Positions 1 through 7,771 of a stretch of DNA of 47,129 bases are shown here, piece by piece; position 1 is the stretch's first letter; each line of letters starts with the position of its first letter. The notes under the pieces are model-generated. The model was not told the DNA's origin, did not search any database, and saw only the letters and a list, made by a program, of their open reading frames with translations. The translations under genes were made by a program, and so were the position numbers. The DNA is from Candidatus Moraniibacteriota bacterium (GTDB lineage: Bacteria; Patescibacteriota; Minisyncoccia; Moranbacterales; UBA11712). Where the stretch lies: assembly GCA_026396255.1 (NCBI GenBank), contig JAPLXD010000011.1, positions 1 to 47,129 of the forward strand. The letters run 5' to 3'.

Positions 1-116
1 GTATGATTACAAACGAGGAGATTGCTTTCGCTGAATATGATCTCAACACTAGGCCCAGAAAAAGGCTTAATTGGAAAACACCATTAGAAATTCTCAGTGT
101 TGCACTTGAGGGTTGA
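1..116 (+). mobile_element. IS30-family transposase, C-terminal end only (gene truncated by window edge)
   Basis: The frame starting at nt 3 reads MITNEEIAFAEYDLNTRPRKRLNWKTPLEILSVALEG, then TGA (114-116). The N-x-RPRK-x-L-x-x-KTP-x-E tail is the conserved C-terminus of IS30-type DDE transposases. The element end and inverted repeat cannot be defined from one copy. Confidence 0.55.
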
Positions 117-220
117 ATTCGCCCTGCGTGGGCTTGACAAAGTATGACTATATCTGCTAGGGTAATAAACTCACAAAGAGGTCGAATGAGATCAATTAAT
201 TAATCATTTTCATCAAATAT

Positions 221-868
221 ATGACAAAAAAGACCAAGAGTTATGCGAAAGTGCTGGTTGTTCTGCTTGCGGCCTTGTTTCTGGGCGTTGCTGGTGCGTC
301 AGCAAATAGCCAGTCACAATGGCAGTCCAGCACCAACACGAACATCAACAAGAACGAAAACACGAATGTGAACAAAATCAGCATCAGCAACAGCGCGAGT
401 GCCAGTTCGTCTTCGAGCGCGGCGGCTGCGGCCAGCGGTGGCAAAAATGCCGGCGCGGCGGCTGCGGGAGCCTCAAGCGCAGGTTCCAGCTCAAGCAATG
501 GAACAAATGTAGTTCCTGCCACATCGGGCTCAAGCTCTTCTTCAGCGGCAGCGGCTAGCGCGGGGAAAGGTGCCTCGGCTTCCGGTTCAGTTTCAGCGAA
601 TGGCGCGTCTTCAAGCGCGGCGGCTGCGGCCAGCGCGAGAGCAAACGATGATCACAAGGATAATCATAATGACAAAGATCACAGAGATTATCATTATGAC
701 AAGGATCACAGATGCTATTACCACGACAAAGACGGAAAAGTTGTCTTTGTGAAAACATTGCCGGCGACAGGCGCAGGCGCGGCCGGAATGGTTGGAATCG
801 CAGGCCTTGCCTCTCTTGCGGCGGTCGGAATCAAGAAATACAAATTACTTTCTCTTTTGAAGAGATAG
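221..868 (+). CDS. LPXTG-anchored surface protein, Ser/Ala-rich with a His/Asp/Lys-rich segment
   Basis: Signal peptide MTKKTKSYAKVLVVLLAALFLGVAGASA and a long S/A low-complexity region. Duplicated DKDHRDYHY/DKDHRCYYH block. C-terminal sorting signal: LPATG, a hydrophobic stretch, then KKYK. Confidence 0.8.
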   Translation: MTKKTKSYAKVLVVLLAALFLGVAGASANSQSQWQSSTNTNINKNENTNVNKISISNSASASSSSSAAAAASGGKNAGAAAAGASSAGSSSSNGTNVVPATSGSSSSSAAAASAGKGASASGSVSANGASSSAAAAASARANDDHKDNHNDKDHRDYHYDKDHRCYYHDKDGKVVFVKTLPATGAGAAGMVGIAGLASLAAVGIKKYKLLSLLKR

Positions 869-896
869 TATAAAGCCAAAAAATCAAAAGAAATTT

Positions 897-1032
897 CAGG
901 AGTCCCGATGTTCTTCGGGGCTCCTGTGCGTAAAAGACTAGGCTCTCTCCCTTTATGAAAGGGAGAGCCGGAGAGGGATTTCTGGGGTTTCAATAAATAA
1001 AATCCCCCTTAATCCCCCTTTAGAAAAGGGGG
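897..1032. repeat. Three consecutive GC-rich palindromes (stem-loops) plus a 10-bp tandem duplication in the LPXTG-sortase spacer
   Basis: Hairpin 897-926 is caggagtcccg/cggggctcctg. Hairpin 941-969 is ggctctc(tc)ccttt-atga-aagggagagcc. Hairpin 1014-1032 is ccccctt-tagaaa-aggggg. aatccccctt occurs twice in tandem (1001-1020). None is followed by a clean T-run. Confidence 0.6.
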
Positions 1033-1050
1033 AGAATCTAGATTGAACAT

Positions 1051-1914
1051 ATGACGTCTATCATAAACTTTTTCAAAAAATTTAAGAATGGTCTGAAAAC
1101 TGTGGCTTTTGCTGCCTTGGTCTTTTTGGCCGTGTACGCGATTTTGTACTATTCCACCAGTTGGAATACCCAACCGGTTTTTGAAAAAGCTTCGACCGGC
1201 GGATCGTCTTTTGCCGGTTCGATCAATAGTGATGACCAAAGCTTAGCGGCGGCGAATGGTATCGTCCTTGCGGATTACAATATTTGGGCGAGTCAAAACG
1301 GCTTGAAGGGTGCCAATGCCAAATTGAACGCGGATCCGGATGGCGACGGGCTGCCGAACTATCTCGAATATCTCCACGGAACGGATCCGAACAAGGCGGA
1401 TACGGACGGGGACGGCTATACTGACAAACAAGAAATCACAAACGGATATGATCCGGCTGCGCCGGGAGACGCGCGGCCTGCGGTCGAGCTAACGATCGCG
1501 AAAATAAACGTCACGGCGCCGATGGTTTGGTCAAAAAGCGAAAACGAAAATGATCAGCTGATTGATCTGGCGATTGGCGTGGCTCATTTTCCGCAAACGG
1601 CGTCGCCCGGACAAAATGGGAATATGATCATTTCCGGGCACAGCTCGAACTATATCTGGGCGAAAGGCAGCTATAATTATATTTTCAAAAATCTCAACAA
1701 CTTGATACCGGGCGACATAGTGGATGTGAAAACAGTCCAGCAGAACGGAAAAATCATCACCTTTCACTATAAAATCAGTGAAAAGTTCACGACCGTGCCG
1801 AATGACGCCAGAATATTTGAGGATTCGGGCAGTCCAGTGCTGACACTCTCCACTTGCTGGCCGCTGGGGACGAATTTGCGCAGATTGATCGTGAAGGGGG
1901 ATTTGGTGCAATAA
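1051..1914 (+). CDS. Sortase (membrane-anchored transpeptidase) with N-terminal thrombospondin-type-3-like Ca-binding repeats
   Basis: N-terminal TM helix. DPDGDGLPN...DPNKADTDGDGYTDKQE repeats. Catalytic signature ISGHSSN ... TLSTCWP ... RRLIV. Lies directly downstream of an LPXTG substrate gene. Confidence 0.8.
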   Translation: MTSIINFFKKFKNGLKTVAFAALVFLAVYAILYYSTSWNTQPVFEKASTGGSSFAGSINSDDQSLAAANGIVLADYNIWASQNGLKGANAKLNADPDGDGLPNYLEYLHGTDPNKADTDGDGYTDKQEITNGYDPAAPGDARPAVELTIAKINVTAPMVWSKSENENDQLIDLAIGVAHFPQTASPGQNGNMIISGHSSNYIWAKGSYNYIFKNLNNLIPGDIVDVKTVQQNGKIITFHYKISEKFTTVPNDARIFEDSGSPVLTLSTCWPLGTNLRRLIVKGDLVQ

Positions 1915-1982
1915 GCAAATTTTACTTGACAAAAAATTCATTATCGATAATAATAACCAACTAACAAATTATTCAAAATCCT

Positions 1983-2855
1983 ATGGAATCTTCGAAAAAC
2001 CTCGCCATCAAAGACCGGATCACCCACGCTATCTTCACGGGAGCAGCGGTGATGCTTGTTGTGTTTTTGATCTCATTAGCTCTCCCTAAACAGTGGCTCG
2101 TAAGCGGCAAGGTTGTTGTTTTTCCTTCCGGGCAACCGGTGAGCGCGTCTGCCAATCTTTTGCCGGAAGTTGGCAATACAGCGGAAATCATCAAGAGTAA
2201 ATCTTTTCAGAAAAATATTTTTGCCGATCAGACAGCGAACTTGCCTGCCGGTGAGGCAGGTTTTGCGGGCGCGAGAACCGTGAGAAATTCTTCCATGGTC
2301 CAGGTGAGCTTTCGCAGCTCCGAGAATGATATTCAGGCCTATGAAGACTTGATTGTGAAAATCCCGGGTCAAGTCAATGATTATGCCCGCGACCTCTATG
2401 ACGGTTCGCCTTTCAAATACAAAATGGCGGGCGATCCCGAAATTTCCGCGAGTCCCGTCCAGCCAAATCTCCTGCTCAACGCGATTCTTGGGTTTGTCGC
2501 CGGGATCATACTCTACGTGATTTATGTGCTTGGATTTGAATCAAGAGAACCGAAAACTGAAGATGAAGAAATTGAAATTGAGGAAAGCAAGTCAGCTATA
2601 ATTTCTCCTGAAATCAAGCCTGAATCCGCCTCTTCGGCGGACAAGGCTCCGATTGAAGAGAAGATTGGCAATGGAAAAGTGGAAATGAAGGACGGCCGGC
2701 CGCATTTCGTGCCAGGAAAAACGGATGAGAAAAAATCTGTCGCACCGGAAAATCTTCCTTTTGTAGATGAATTGATTTCTTCTTCCAGTATCCAGGAACC
2801 TTCGGATGAGGAAGTGAAGGAAAGATTGAACCGGCTGATGCGGGGAGAATTGTAA
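1983..2855 (+). CDS. Wzz/chain-length-determinant-like bitopic membrane protein (tentative)
   Basis: N-terminal TM, a ~150-aa loop, a Pro-rich segment (PEISASPVQPN) immediately before a second TM, and an acidic tail. This topology and the polysaccharide-gene context fit Wzz/YwqC-type proteins. No diagnostic motif was verified. Confidence 0.4.
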   Translation: MESSKNLAIKDRITHAIFTGAAVMLVVFLISLALPKQWLVSGKVVVFPSGQPVSASANLLPEVGNTAEIIKSKSFQKNIFADQTANLPAGEAGFAGARTVRNSSMVQVSFRSSENDIQAYEDLIVKIPGQVNDYARDLYDGSPFKYKMAGDPEISASPVQPNLLLNAILGFVAGIILYVIYVLGFESREPKTEDEEIEIEESKSAIISPEIKPESASSADKAPIEEKIGNGKVEMKDGRPHFVPGKTDEKKSVAPENLPFVDELISSSSIQEPSDEEVKERLNRLMRGEL

Positions 2856-2915
2856 GAAGTTAAAATATTTCAAATACATTGTTGAGGTGAGCTCTCGGCA
2901 AAGGAGGGAGAAATT

Positions 2916-3260
2916 TTGAATAAGGAAAAGTTACTAAATCTGATGAGGCAGCTCGCCGAAGCCCGCGGCGAGGCAGAAATCAAGGACATAGATAAGCAGA
3001 TTAAATATCTGCTCGGCAAGGACATGGGGCCGATTTACAAGAGGAAAGACAAGCTCAACTGCCACGCGGCTCTGGATTTTCTCAAAGCCGCGGAGAAAAG
3101 TTTTTCGGCACTGGCGGGGGATTTGGGAGCAACAGCTGAGAATCTGGACGCAAAGGACACCAGACAGCCCGTACTCTATTTCTTGCAAGCGATGGCAGAG
3201 CGTTTTGCAGGAGAAGCAAAGGAGGCGCACGATACTATCGATAAGATAAACAGATTCTAG
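2916..3260 (+). CDS. Hypothetical helical protein (TTG start)
   Basis: 114-aa ORF with a strong SD (aaaggaggga) 6-8 nt upstream of TTG 2916, followed by a clean terminator. No recognisable family. Confidence 0.5.
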   Translation: MNKEKLLNLMRQLAEARGEAEIKDIDKQIKYLLGKDMGPIYKRKDKLNCHAALDFLKAAEKSFSALAGDLGATAENLDAKDTRQPVLYFLQAMAERFAGEAKEAHDTIDKINRF

Positions 3261-3285
3261 GCGCTAAGTCTAGAACCTATAACTA

Positions 3286-3310
3286 GGACCCAGAACAGCG
3301 GGTCCTTTTT
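3286..3310 (+). terminator. Intrinsic terminator
   Basis: ggaccc-agaacagc-gggtcc followed by ttttt. Confidence 0.7.
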
Positions 3311-3369
3311 GATTTTTTGGGGAAAATGTATTAGCATAAAAATACTAAATAAGCTTAAAAAGAAACACT

Positions 3370-3825
3370 ATGATCGAAGGTGTGAAAATAAAGCAAATAA
3401 GAAGAAACTCCGATGATCGCGGATTTTTTTGCGAGGTCATCAAATTCGGGGAAGATACTTTTTGTGAAGTGAAACAAACGAGCTACACGGAGACATATCC
3501 GGGCGTGATCAAGGCTTTTCACTGGCACAAAAAGCAGATTGATGTCTGGTTTCCGGTCAAAGGGAATATGCAGATTGTTCTTCATGATATGCGCGAAGAT
3601 TCGCCGACCAAAGGGGAGACTCAGGTGATATATGGAGGAGAAAACAATCCGGTCCAGGTTTTTATCCCGATCGGCGTGGCGCACGGGTATCGCGTTCTTG
3701 GGAATGTACCAGCGACGCTTTTTTATCACACGAGCGAAGCCTATGATCCGGCTAATCCAGATGAAGAAAGAATTCCTTTCGATGATCCAGAGATTGGATT
3801 TGATTGGACTACGAAAAATAAATAA
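3370..3825 (+). CDS. rfbC: dTDP-4-dehydrorhamnose 3,5-epimerase (short cupin form)
   Basis: RmlC-like motifs: DDRGFF, KQTSYT, IKAFHWHKKQIDVWFPVKGNMQIVLHDMREDSPTKGE, IPIGVAHGY, and YDPANPDEERIPFDDPEIGFDW. Sits in an rfb gene cluster. Confidence 0.8.
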   Translation: MIEGVKIKQIRRNSDDRGFFCEVIKFGEDTFCEVKQTSYTETYPGVIKAFHWHKKQIDVWFPVKGNMQIVLHDMREDSPTKGETQVIYGGENNPVQVFIPIGVAHGYRVLGNVPATLFYHTSEAYDPANPDEERIPFDDPEIGFDWTTKNK

Positions 3826-3826
3826 T

Positions 3827-3898
3827 ATGAAACTATTGGTCACTGGAGGCGCGGGATTCACCCCTCACCACCCAACCATTAGCATATTGAAATTATGA
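3827..3898 (+). pseudogene. Remnant of the 5' end of an NAD-dependent sugar dehydratase/epimerase gene
   Basis: ATG 3827 lies 1 nt after the rfbC stop and encodes MKLLVTGGAGF (Rossmann GxxGxxG N-terminus). It then degenerates (TPHHPTISILKL*) and ends overlapping the real rfbB start. Confidence 0.45.
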
Positions 3899-4914
3899 AA
3901 AAAATGTCCCAAAAAATTCTTATCACGGGTGGTGCGGGGTTCATCGGTTCCAATTTTATAAGATATATGTTTGCCAAGTATCCGGATTACGAAATTGTCA
4001 ATCTCGACCTTCTGACGTACGCGGGGAATTTGGAGAATTTGAAAGACGTCGAAAGCAATAAAAATTATAAATTCATCAAAGGTGATATCGCCGACAAAGA
4101 ATTGGTAAACGATCTGGTGAAAGACGTTGATGCAATTGTCAACTTTGCGGCTGAATCGCATGTTGACCGGTCGATTCTCGATAGTTCGGATTTCATCCGG
4201 ACGAATGTAGTCGGGACGCACAATCTGCTCGAGGCGGCGAAAAACAATGGTCTCAAGCGATTTCACCACATCTCCACAGACGAGGTTTTTGGCCATTTGG
4301 ACCCCAATGACCCTGCTTTCAATGAAAGCACGCCCTACGCCCCCAGAAGCCCTTATAGCGCCTCCAAAGCGGCTTCAGACCACTTGGTCCGGGCCTATTT
4401 CCACACTTTCGGGCTGCCGATCACGATTTCCAACTGTTCGAATAATTTCGGCCCATTTCAATTTCCGGAAAAACTGCACGGACTATTCATTACGAATTTG
4501 ATCGAAGACAAAAAAGTTCCTGTCTATGGGGATGGACTGCAGGTTCGGGATTGGCTGTATGTCGAGGATCACTGTGAGGCGATCGACCTGATTCTTCGAA
4601 AGGGCAAGATCGGCGAGACATACTGCGTCGGTGGCAATTCGGAAAAAACGAATATGGAAATTGTGAAAAAAATTCTCGAGCTTCTTGGAAAAGGCGAAGA
4701 GATGATAGAATATGTGAAAGACCGTCCCGGCCACGACCGCCGCTATGCCATTGATTTTTCGAAAATAAAGAGCGAACTGGGTTGGGAGTCGCGGACCAGT
4801 TTTGATGAAGGGATGAAAAAAACGGTCGAGTGGCATAAAGCCAACGTTGATTGGTGGCGCGAAATTAAGAGTGGAGCGTATTTAGAATATTATAATAAAC
4901 AATATGGCGAATAA
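3895..4914 (+). CDS. rfbB: dTDP-glucose 4,6-dehydratase
   Basis: ILITGGAGFIGSNF, YSASKAASDHL (YxxxK), DRPGHDRRYAID. Length 339 aa. Confidence 0.92.
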   Translation: MKKMSQKILITGGAGFIGSNFIRYMFAKYPDYEIVNLDLLTYAGNLENLKDVESNKNYKFIKGDIADKELVNDLVKDVDAIVNFAAESHVDRSILDSSDFIRTNVVGTHNLLEAAKNNGLKRFHHISTDEVFGHLDPNDPAFNESTPYAPRSPYSASKAASDHLVRAYFHTFGLPITISNCSNNFGPFQFPEKLHGLFITNLIEDKKVPVYGDGLQVRDWLYVEDHCEAIDLILRKGKIGETYCVGGNSEKTNMEIVKKILELLGKGEEMIEYVKDRPGHDRRYAIDFSKIKSELGWESRTSFDEGMKKTVEWHKANVDWWREIKSGAYLEYYNKQYGE

Positions 4915-5773
4915 GGTTCTCATCATTGGCTCTCACGGAATGCTTGGGCAAGACCTGGTGCGGGTGTTTGAAAAGGATATGAATTGGGAAGTTTTTGGGT
5001 ATGACCGCGATCAAATCGACATCGCGTCCGAAGAAAGTCTGCGCGGGAAAATCGAAGAAGTCGGGCCGGATGCAGTGATCAACGCGTCGGGATACAACGC
5101 CGTGGACAAATGCGAATCGGATGAGATTGAGTTCGAACTGGCCAAAAAGATCAACGGATATGGTCCGGGATTGCTCGCAAAAATATGCGCTGATATGGAA
5201 ATCCCGGTTGTTCATTATGTGAGTGATTATATTTTTGACGGAGAAAAGGGAGAATATACGGAAACTGACAAACCGAGTCCGATCAGCAATTATGGTCGAT
5301 CGAAGCTGCTCGGGGAAGAAGAAATCCAAAAAAACACGGATAAGTTTTATCTCATCCGCACGTCAAAATTGTTTGGGAAGCCGGGAAAATCGGAAATGGC
5401 CAAAAAAAGTTTTTTTGACACGATGATCGGGATGGCCAAAGACAATAAAGTTTTGAAAATAGTCGACGAGGAAAAAAGCTGCTTCACCTATACGCCGGAT
5501 CTAGCCCTCGAAACAAAAAAAATGATCGAAGAAAAAATTCCGTTCGGGATATATCACGTTGTGAACGTTGGCGCTTGCACTTGGTATGAAGCCGCGCTTG
5601 AACTCTTCCGGCTCGCGAAAATGGATGTGGAGGTAATCCCGGTGAGCTCAAGCGAATTCCCGCGTCCGGCCAAGCGCCCGCGTTCTTCGGTGCTGCTGAA
5701 TACGAAATTGAAACCGCTGCGGAATTACAAAGAAGCGCTCGCGGAGTATTTGAAAGAAAATTATTCAATATAA
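4904..5773 (+). CDS. rfbD: dTDP-4-dehydrorhamnose reductase
   Basis: VLIIGSHGMLG, NYGRSKLLGE (YxxxK), RPAKRPRSSVL. Overlaps rfbB by 11 nt. Confidence 0.88.
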   Translation: MANKVLIIGSHGMLGQDLVRVFEKDMNWEVFGYDRDQIDIASEESLRGKIEEVGPDAVINASGYNAVDKCESDEIEFELAKKINGYGPGLLAKICADMEIPVVHYVSDYIFDGEKGEYTETDKPSPISNYGRSKLLGEEEIQKNTDKFYLIRTSKLFGKPGKSEMAKKSFFDTMIGMAKDNKVLKIVDEEKSCFTYTPDLALETKKMIEEKIPFGIYHVVNVGACTWYEAALELFRLAKMDVEVIPVSSSEFPRPAKRPRSSVLLNTKLKPLRNYKEALAEYLKENYSI

Positions 5774-5778
5774 TCCAT

Positions 5779-6585
5779 ATGAATAAAATGAAGGGCATTA
5801 TTCTGGCCGGAGGGACGGCGACGAGACTGTTTCCGCTCACGGCGACGACTTCAAAGCAGCTTCTGCCAGTGTACAACCGCCAGATGATCTTCTATCCGCT
5901 CAATGTTTTGATAAAGGCGGGAATAAAAGATATTTTGATGATCGTTTCGCCCGAACACTCCGGACAATTCCTCAATCTTCTCGGGCGCATTTTTGAGCGG
6001 CATGACGTGCGGCTTGAGTTTAAAGTGCAAAGCGTGCCTCGCGGACTGGCCGATGCTTTCATTCTCGGAGAAAATTTTATCGACAATGACAACGTGACGA
6101 TGATCCTAGGAGACAATATTTTTGAGGACGATTTTTCCAGAATTATCAGAAATTTTCGCTCCGGCGGCCAGATTTTTGCCAAGAAAGTTCCCGATCCGGA
6201 AAGATATGGAGTTGTGAAGTTCGACGAGTCGGGTAAAGCCGTGCAAATTGTGGAAAAACCGCAAGAATGGATCAGTGACTACGCGATTCCGGGACTCTAT
6301 ATCTATGACAACCGGGTTTGCCGGGCGGCGAGAAACGCCCAGCGCTCTGAACGGGGTGAAATTGAAATCACAACGCTTCACAACTACTATCTGGAAAAGG
6401 GTGTATTGCAGGTGAGCACATTTGAGGGCGAATGGCTTGATGCCGGAACGTTCGACACGCTGCTTGAAGCGGGACGGATCGTGAAAGAAAAAGAAATATA
6501 CAAAAATTTCGACCCGCAAATCGAAAAAGCGATCGAAGAATTCAACGCGGAACTCAAAACAATCGCCAAAAAGCAATTGTTATAA
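5779..6585 (+). CDS. rfbA: Glucose-1-phosphate thymidylyltransferase-like nucleotidyltransferase
   Basis: KGIILAGGTATRLFPLTATTSKQLLPVYN, ILGDNIF, EKP..W.SDYAIPGLY. Sits in the rfb cluster. The start could also be the ATG at 5788. Confidence 0.8.
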   Translation: MNKMKGIILAGGTATRLFPLTATTSKQLLPVYNRQMIFYPLNVLIKAGIKDILMIVSPEHSGQFLNLLGRIFERHDVRLEFKVQSVPRGLADAFILGENFIDNDNVTMILGDNIFEDDFSRIIRNFRSGGQIFAKKVPDPERYGVVKFDESGKAVQIVEKPQEWISDYAIPGLYIYDNRVCRAARNAQRSERGEIEITTLHNYYLEKGVLQVSTFEGEWLDAGTFDTLLEAGRIVKEKEIYKNFDPQIEKAIEEFNAELKTIAKKQLL

Positions 6586-6607
6586 TTTTTTATTTTTTTG
6601 ATAAACC

Positions 6608-7468
6608 ATGAAGATCAAAAAAGCCATCATTGCCGTTGCCGGATCCGGAACCAGATTTTTGCCGGTGACAAAGGCGATGCCCAAAGAAATGCTTCCGATT
6701 GTCGACAAGCCGATCATCCAGTTGGTTGTGGAAGAACTGGTCGAAGCGGGGATTGAAGATATCATCCTTGTCACGAAATGGGACAAGAAGCCCTTGGAAG
6801 ATCACTTTGACCATTCTTGGGCGCTTGAAAATGAGCTGGAGCAAGCCGGAAAAACGGAAAGACTGGAGGCGGTGAGGAGAGTGGCGGATATGGCCAATTT
6901 CATTTATGTTCGCCAAAAAGGGCCGTATGGGAACGGTACACCCGTGCTTTCGGCTGCCAGTCTTGTGGATGACGAACCTTTTGTTTTTGTCTGGGGCGAC
7001 GACCTTGTGAAGTCGAAAGTTTCTTTCACGAAACAGATGGTGGAAGATTTTGAAAAAAACGGCCAACCAATGATCGGCGTGCAAAAAGTTGCAAAAGAAG
7101 ATGTCGTGAGATATGGAATCGTGAAACTGCGCGAAGGGACGAACGAAATTGAGGATATAATCGAGAAACCGTCGATCGAAGAGGCACCGTCACAGCTGGC
7201 CGATTTTGGGCGGATGATTTTGAATCAGGAAATTATTGATGTCTTGAAAGATACTGCGATTGGAAAAGGAAACGAGCTTTGGATCACGGATGCGATCAAA
7301 AAATATGTCCAAAATGGCGGCAAATTTCTGGCAAAAGAAATTCAGGATGGCGAATGGCTCACAACAGGCGATCCTCTCAATTATCTCAAAGCTCTTCTCA
7401 AATACGCTGCAGACAGGAAGGACATCGGCCAAGAATTGAAAGAATACACGCAGAAATTGTTTTGCTGA
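6608..7468 (+). CDS. galU: UTP--glucose-1-phosphate uridylyltransferase
   Basis: KAIIAVAGSGTRFLPVTKAMPKEMLPIVDKPIIQ, VWGDDL, EKP. Length 286 aa. Confidence 0.88.
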   Translation: MKIKKAIIAVAGSGTRFLPVTKAMPKEMLPIVDKPIIQLVVEELVEAGIEDIILVTKWDKKPLEDHFDHSWALENELEQAGKTERLEAVRRVADMANFIYVRQKGPYGNGTPVLSAASLVDDEPFVFVWGDDLVKSKVSFTKQMVEDFEKNGQPMIGVQKVAKEDVVRYGIVKLREGTNEIEDIIEKPSIEEAPSQLADFGRMILNQEIIDVLKDTAIGKGNELWITDAIKKYVQNGGKFLAKEIQDGEWLTTGDPLNYLKALLKYAADRKDIGQELKEYTQKLFC

Positions 7469-7480
7469 TATATTTTAAAT

Positions 7481-7510
7481 AAAAAAAGGCCTTGCACACA
7501 GGGCAAGGCC
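7481..7510 (-). terminator. Intrinsic terminator of the minus-strand RNA
   Basis: On the minus strand, ggccttgc-cctgtgt-gcaaggcc is followed by ttttttt. On the plus strand no T-run follows, so it does not look like the galU terminator. Confidence 0.7.
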
Positions 7511-7736
7511 ATAGGGGTGATAGCGCTACCGCACTAATTCAGGAGAGTGCCTAGAGCTTCGATTACTTTAGTTCATCGGCTATAGCATTTGGTTTGTTGC
7601 TTTAAAGCCGCAGACTTAGCTCTTAGTCTGCGGCTTCTCCCTCTCGTCTCTCCAGCCACACTGGGCCGCGTTAATCAAACAACTTTGCCGCTCCTTCGAC
7701 GCTGTTGGTAATTGAGAGGCTTTCGCACTACCACTT
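7481..7736 (-). ncRNA. Orphan structured RNA gene of unidentified class (~250 nt)
   Basis: There is no ORF on either strand across the ~285-bp gap. A minus-strand consensus promoter lies immediately upstream. A 10-bp closing helix pairs GUGGUAGUGC (7734-7725) with GCGCUAUCAC (7526-7517). An internal perfect 10-bp hairpin spans 7634-7607. A stem plus U7 terminator lies at 7510-7481. Confidence 0.6.
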
Positions 7737-7743
7737 GATAAAA

Positions 7744-7771
7744 AGTATACTACAATGAAAATTGCTGTCAA
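7744..7771 (-). promoter_or_regulatory. Sigma-70-type promoter for the orphan RNA
   Basis: The minus strand reads TTGACA-16 nt-TATACT. The predicted start is around 7736-7737, 2-3 nt before the closing helix. The promoter overlaps the first codons of the divergent glycosyltransferase gene. Confidence 0.6.

Noticed and set aside
241-758. Multiple overlapping ORFs in all frames across the LPXTG gene.
   Set aside because: They are artefacts of the GCN/AGC-rich Ser/Ala repeat, which keeps several frames open. Only the + frame starting at 221 has a signal peptide and sorting signal.
7481-7736. Interpreting the orphan RNA as tmRNA, because it contains short stop-terminated frames (for example aac aaa cca aat gct ata gcc gat gaa cta aag taa). 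RNase P RNA and a cobalamin riboswitch were also considered.
   Set aside because: There is no tRNA-like T-arm (GGTTCGA-type) or CCA-proximal acceptor. The candidate tag does not end in the usual hydrophobic A-A-type terminus. No GAGGAAAGUCC-type RNase P core is present. No gene lies downstream on the RNA's strand for a riboswitch to control.
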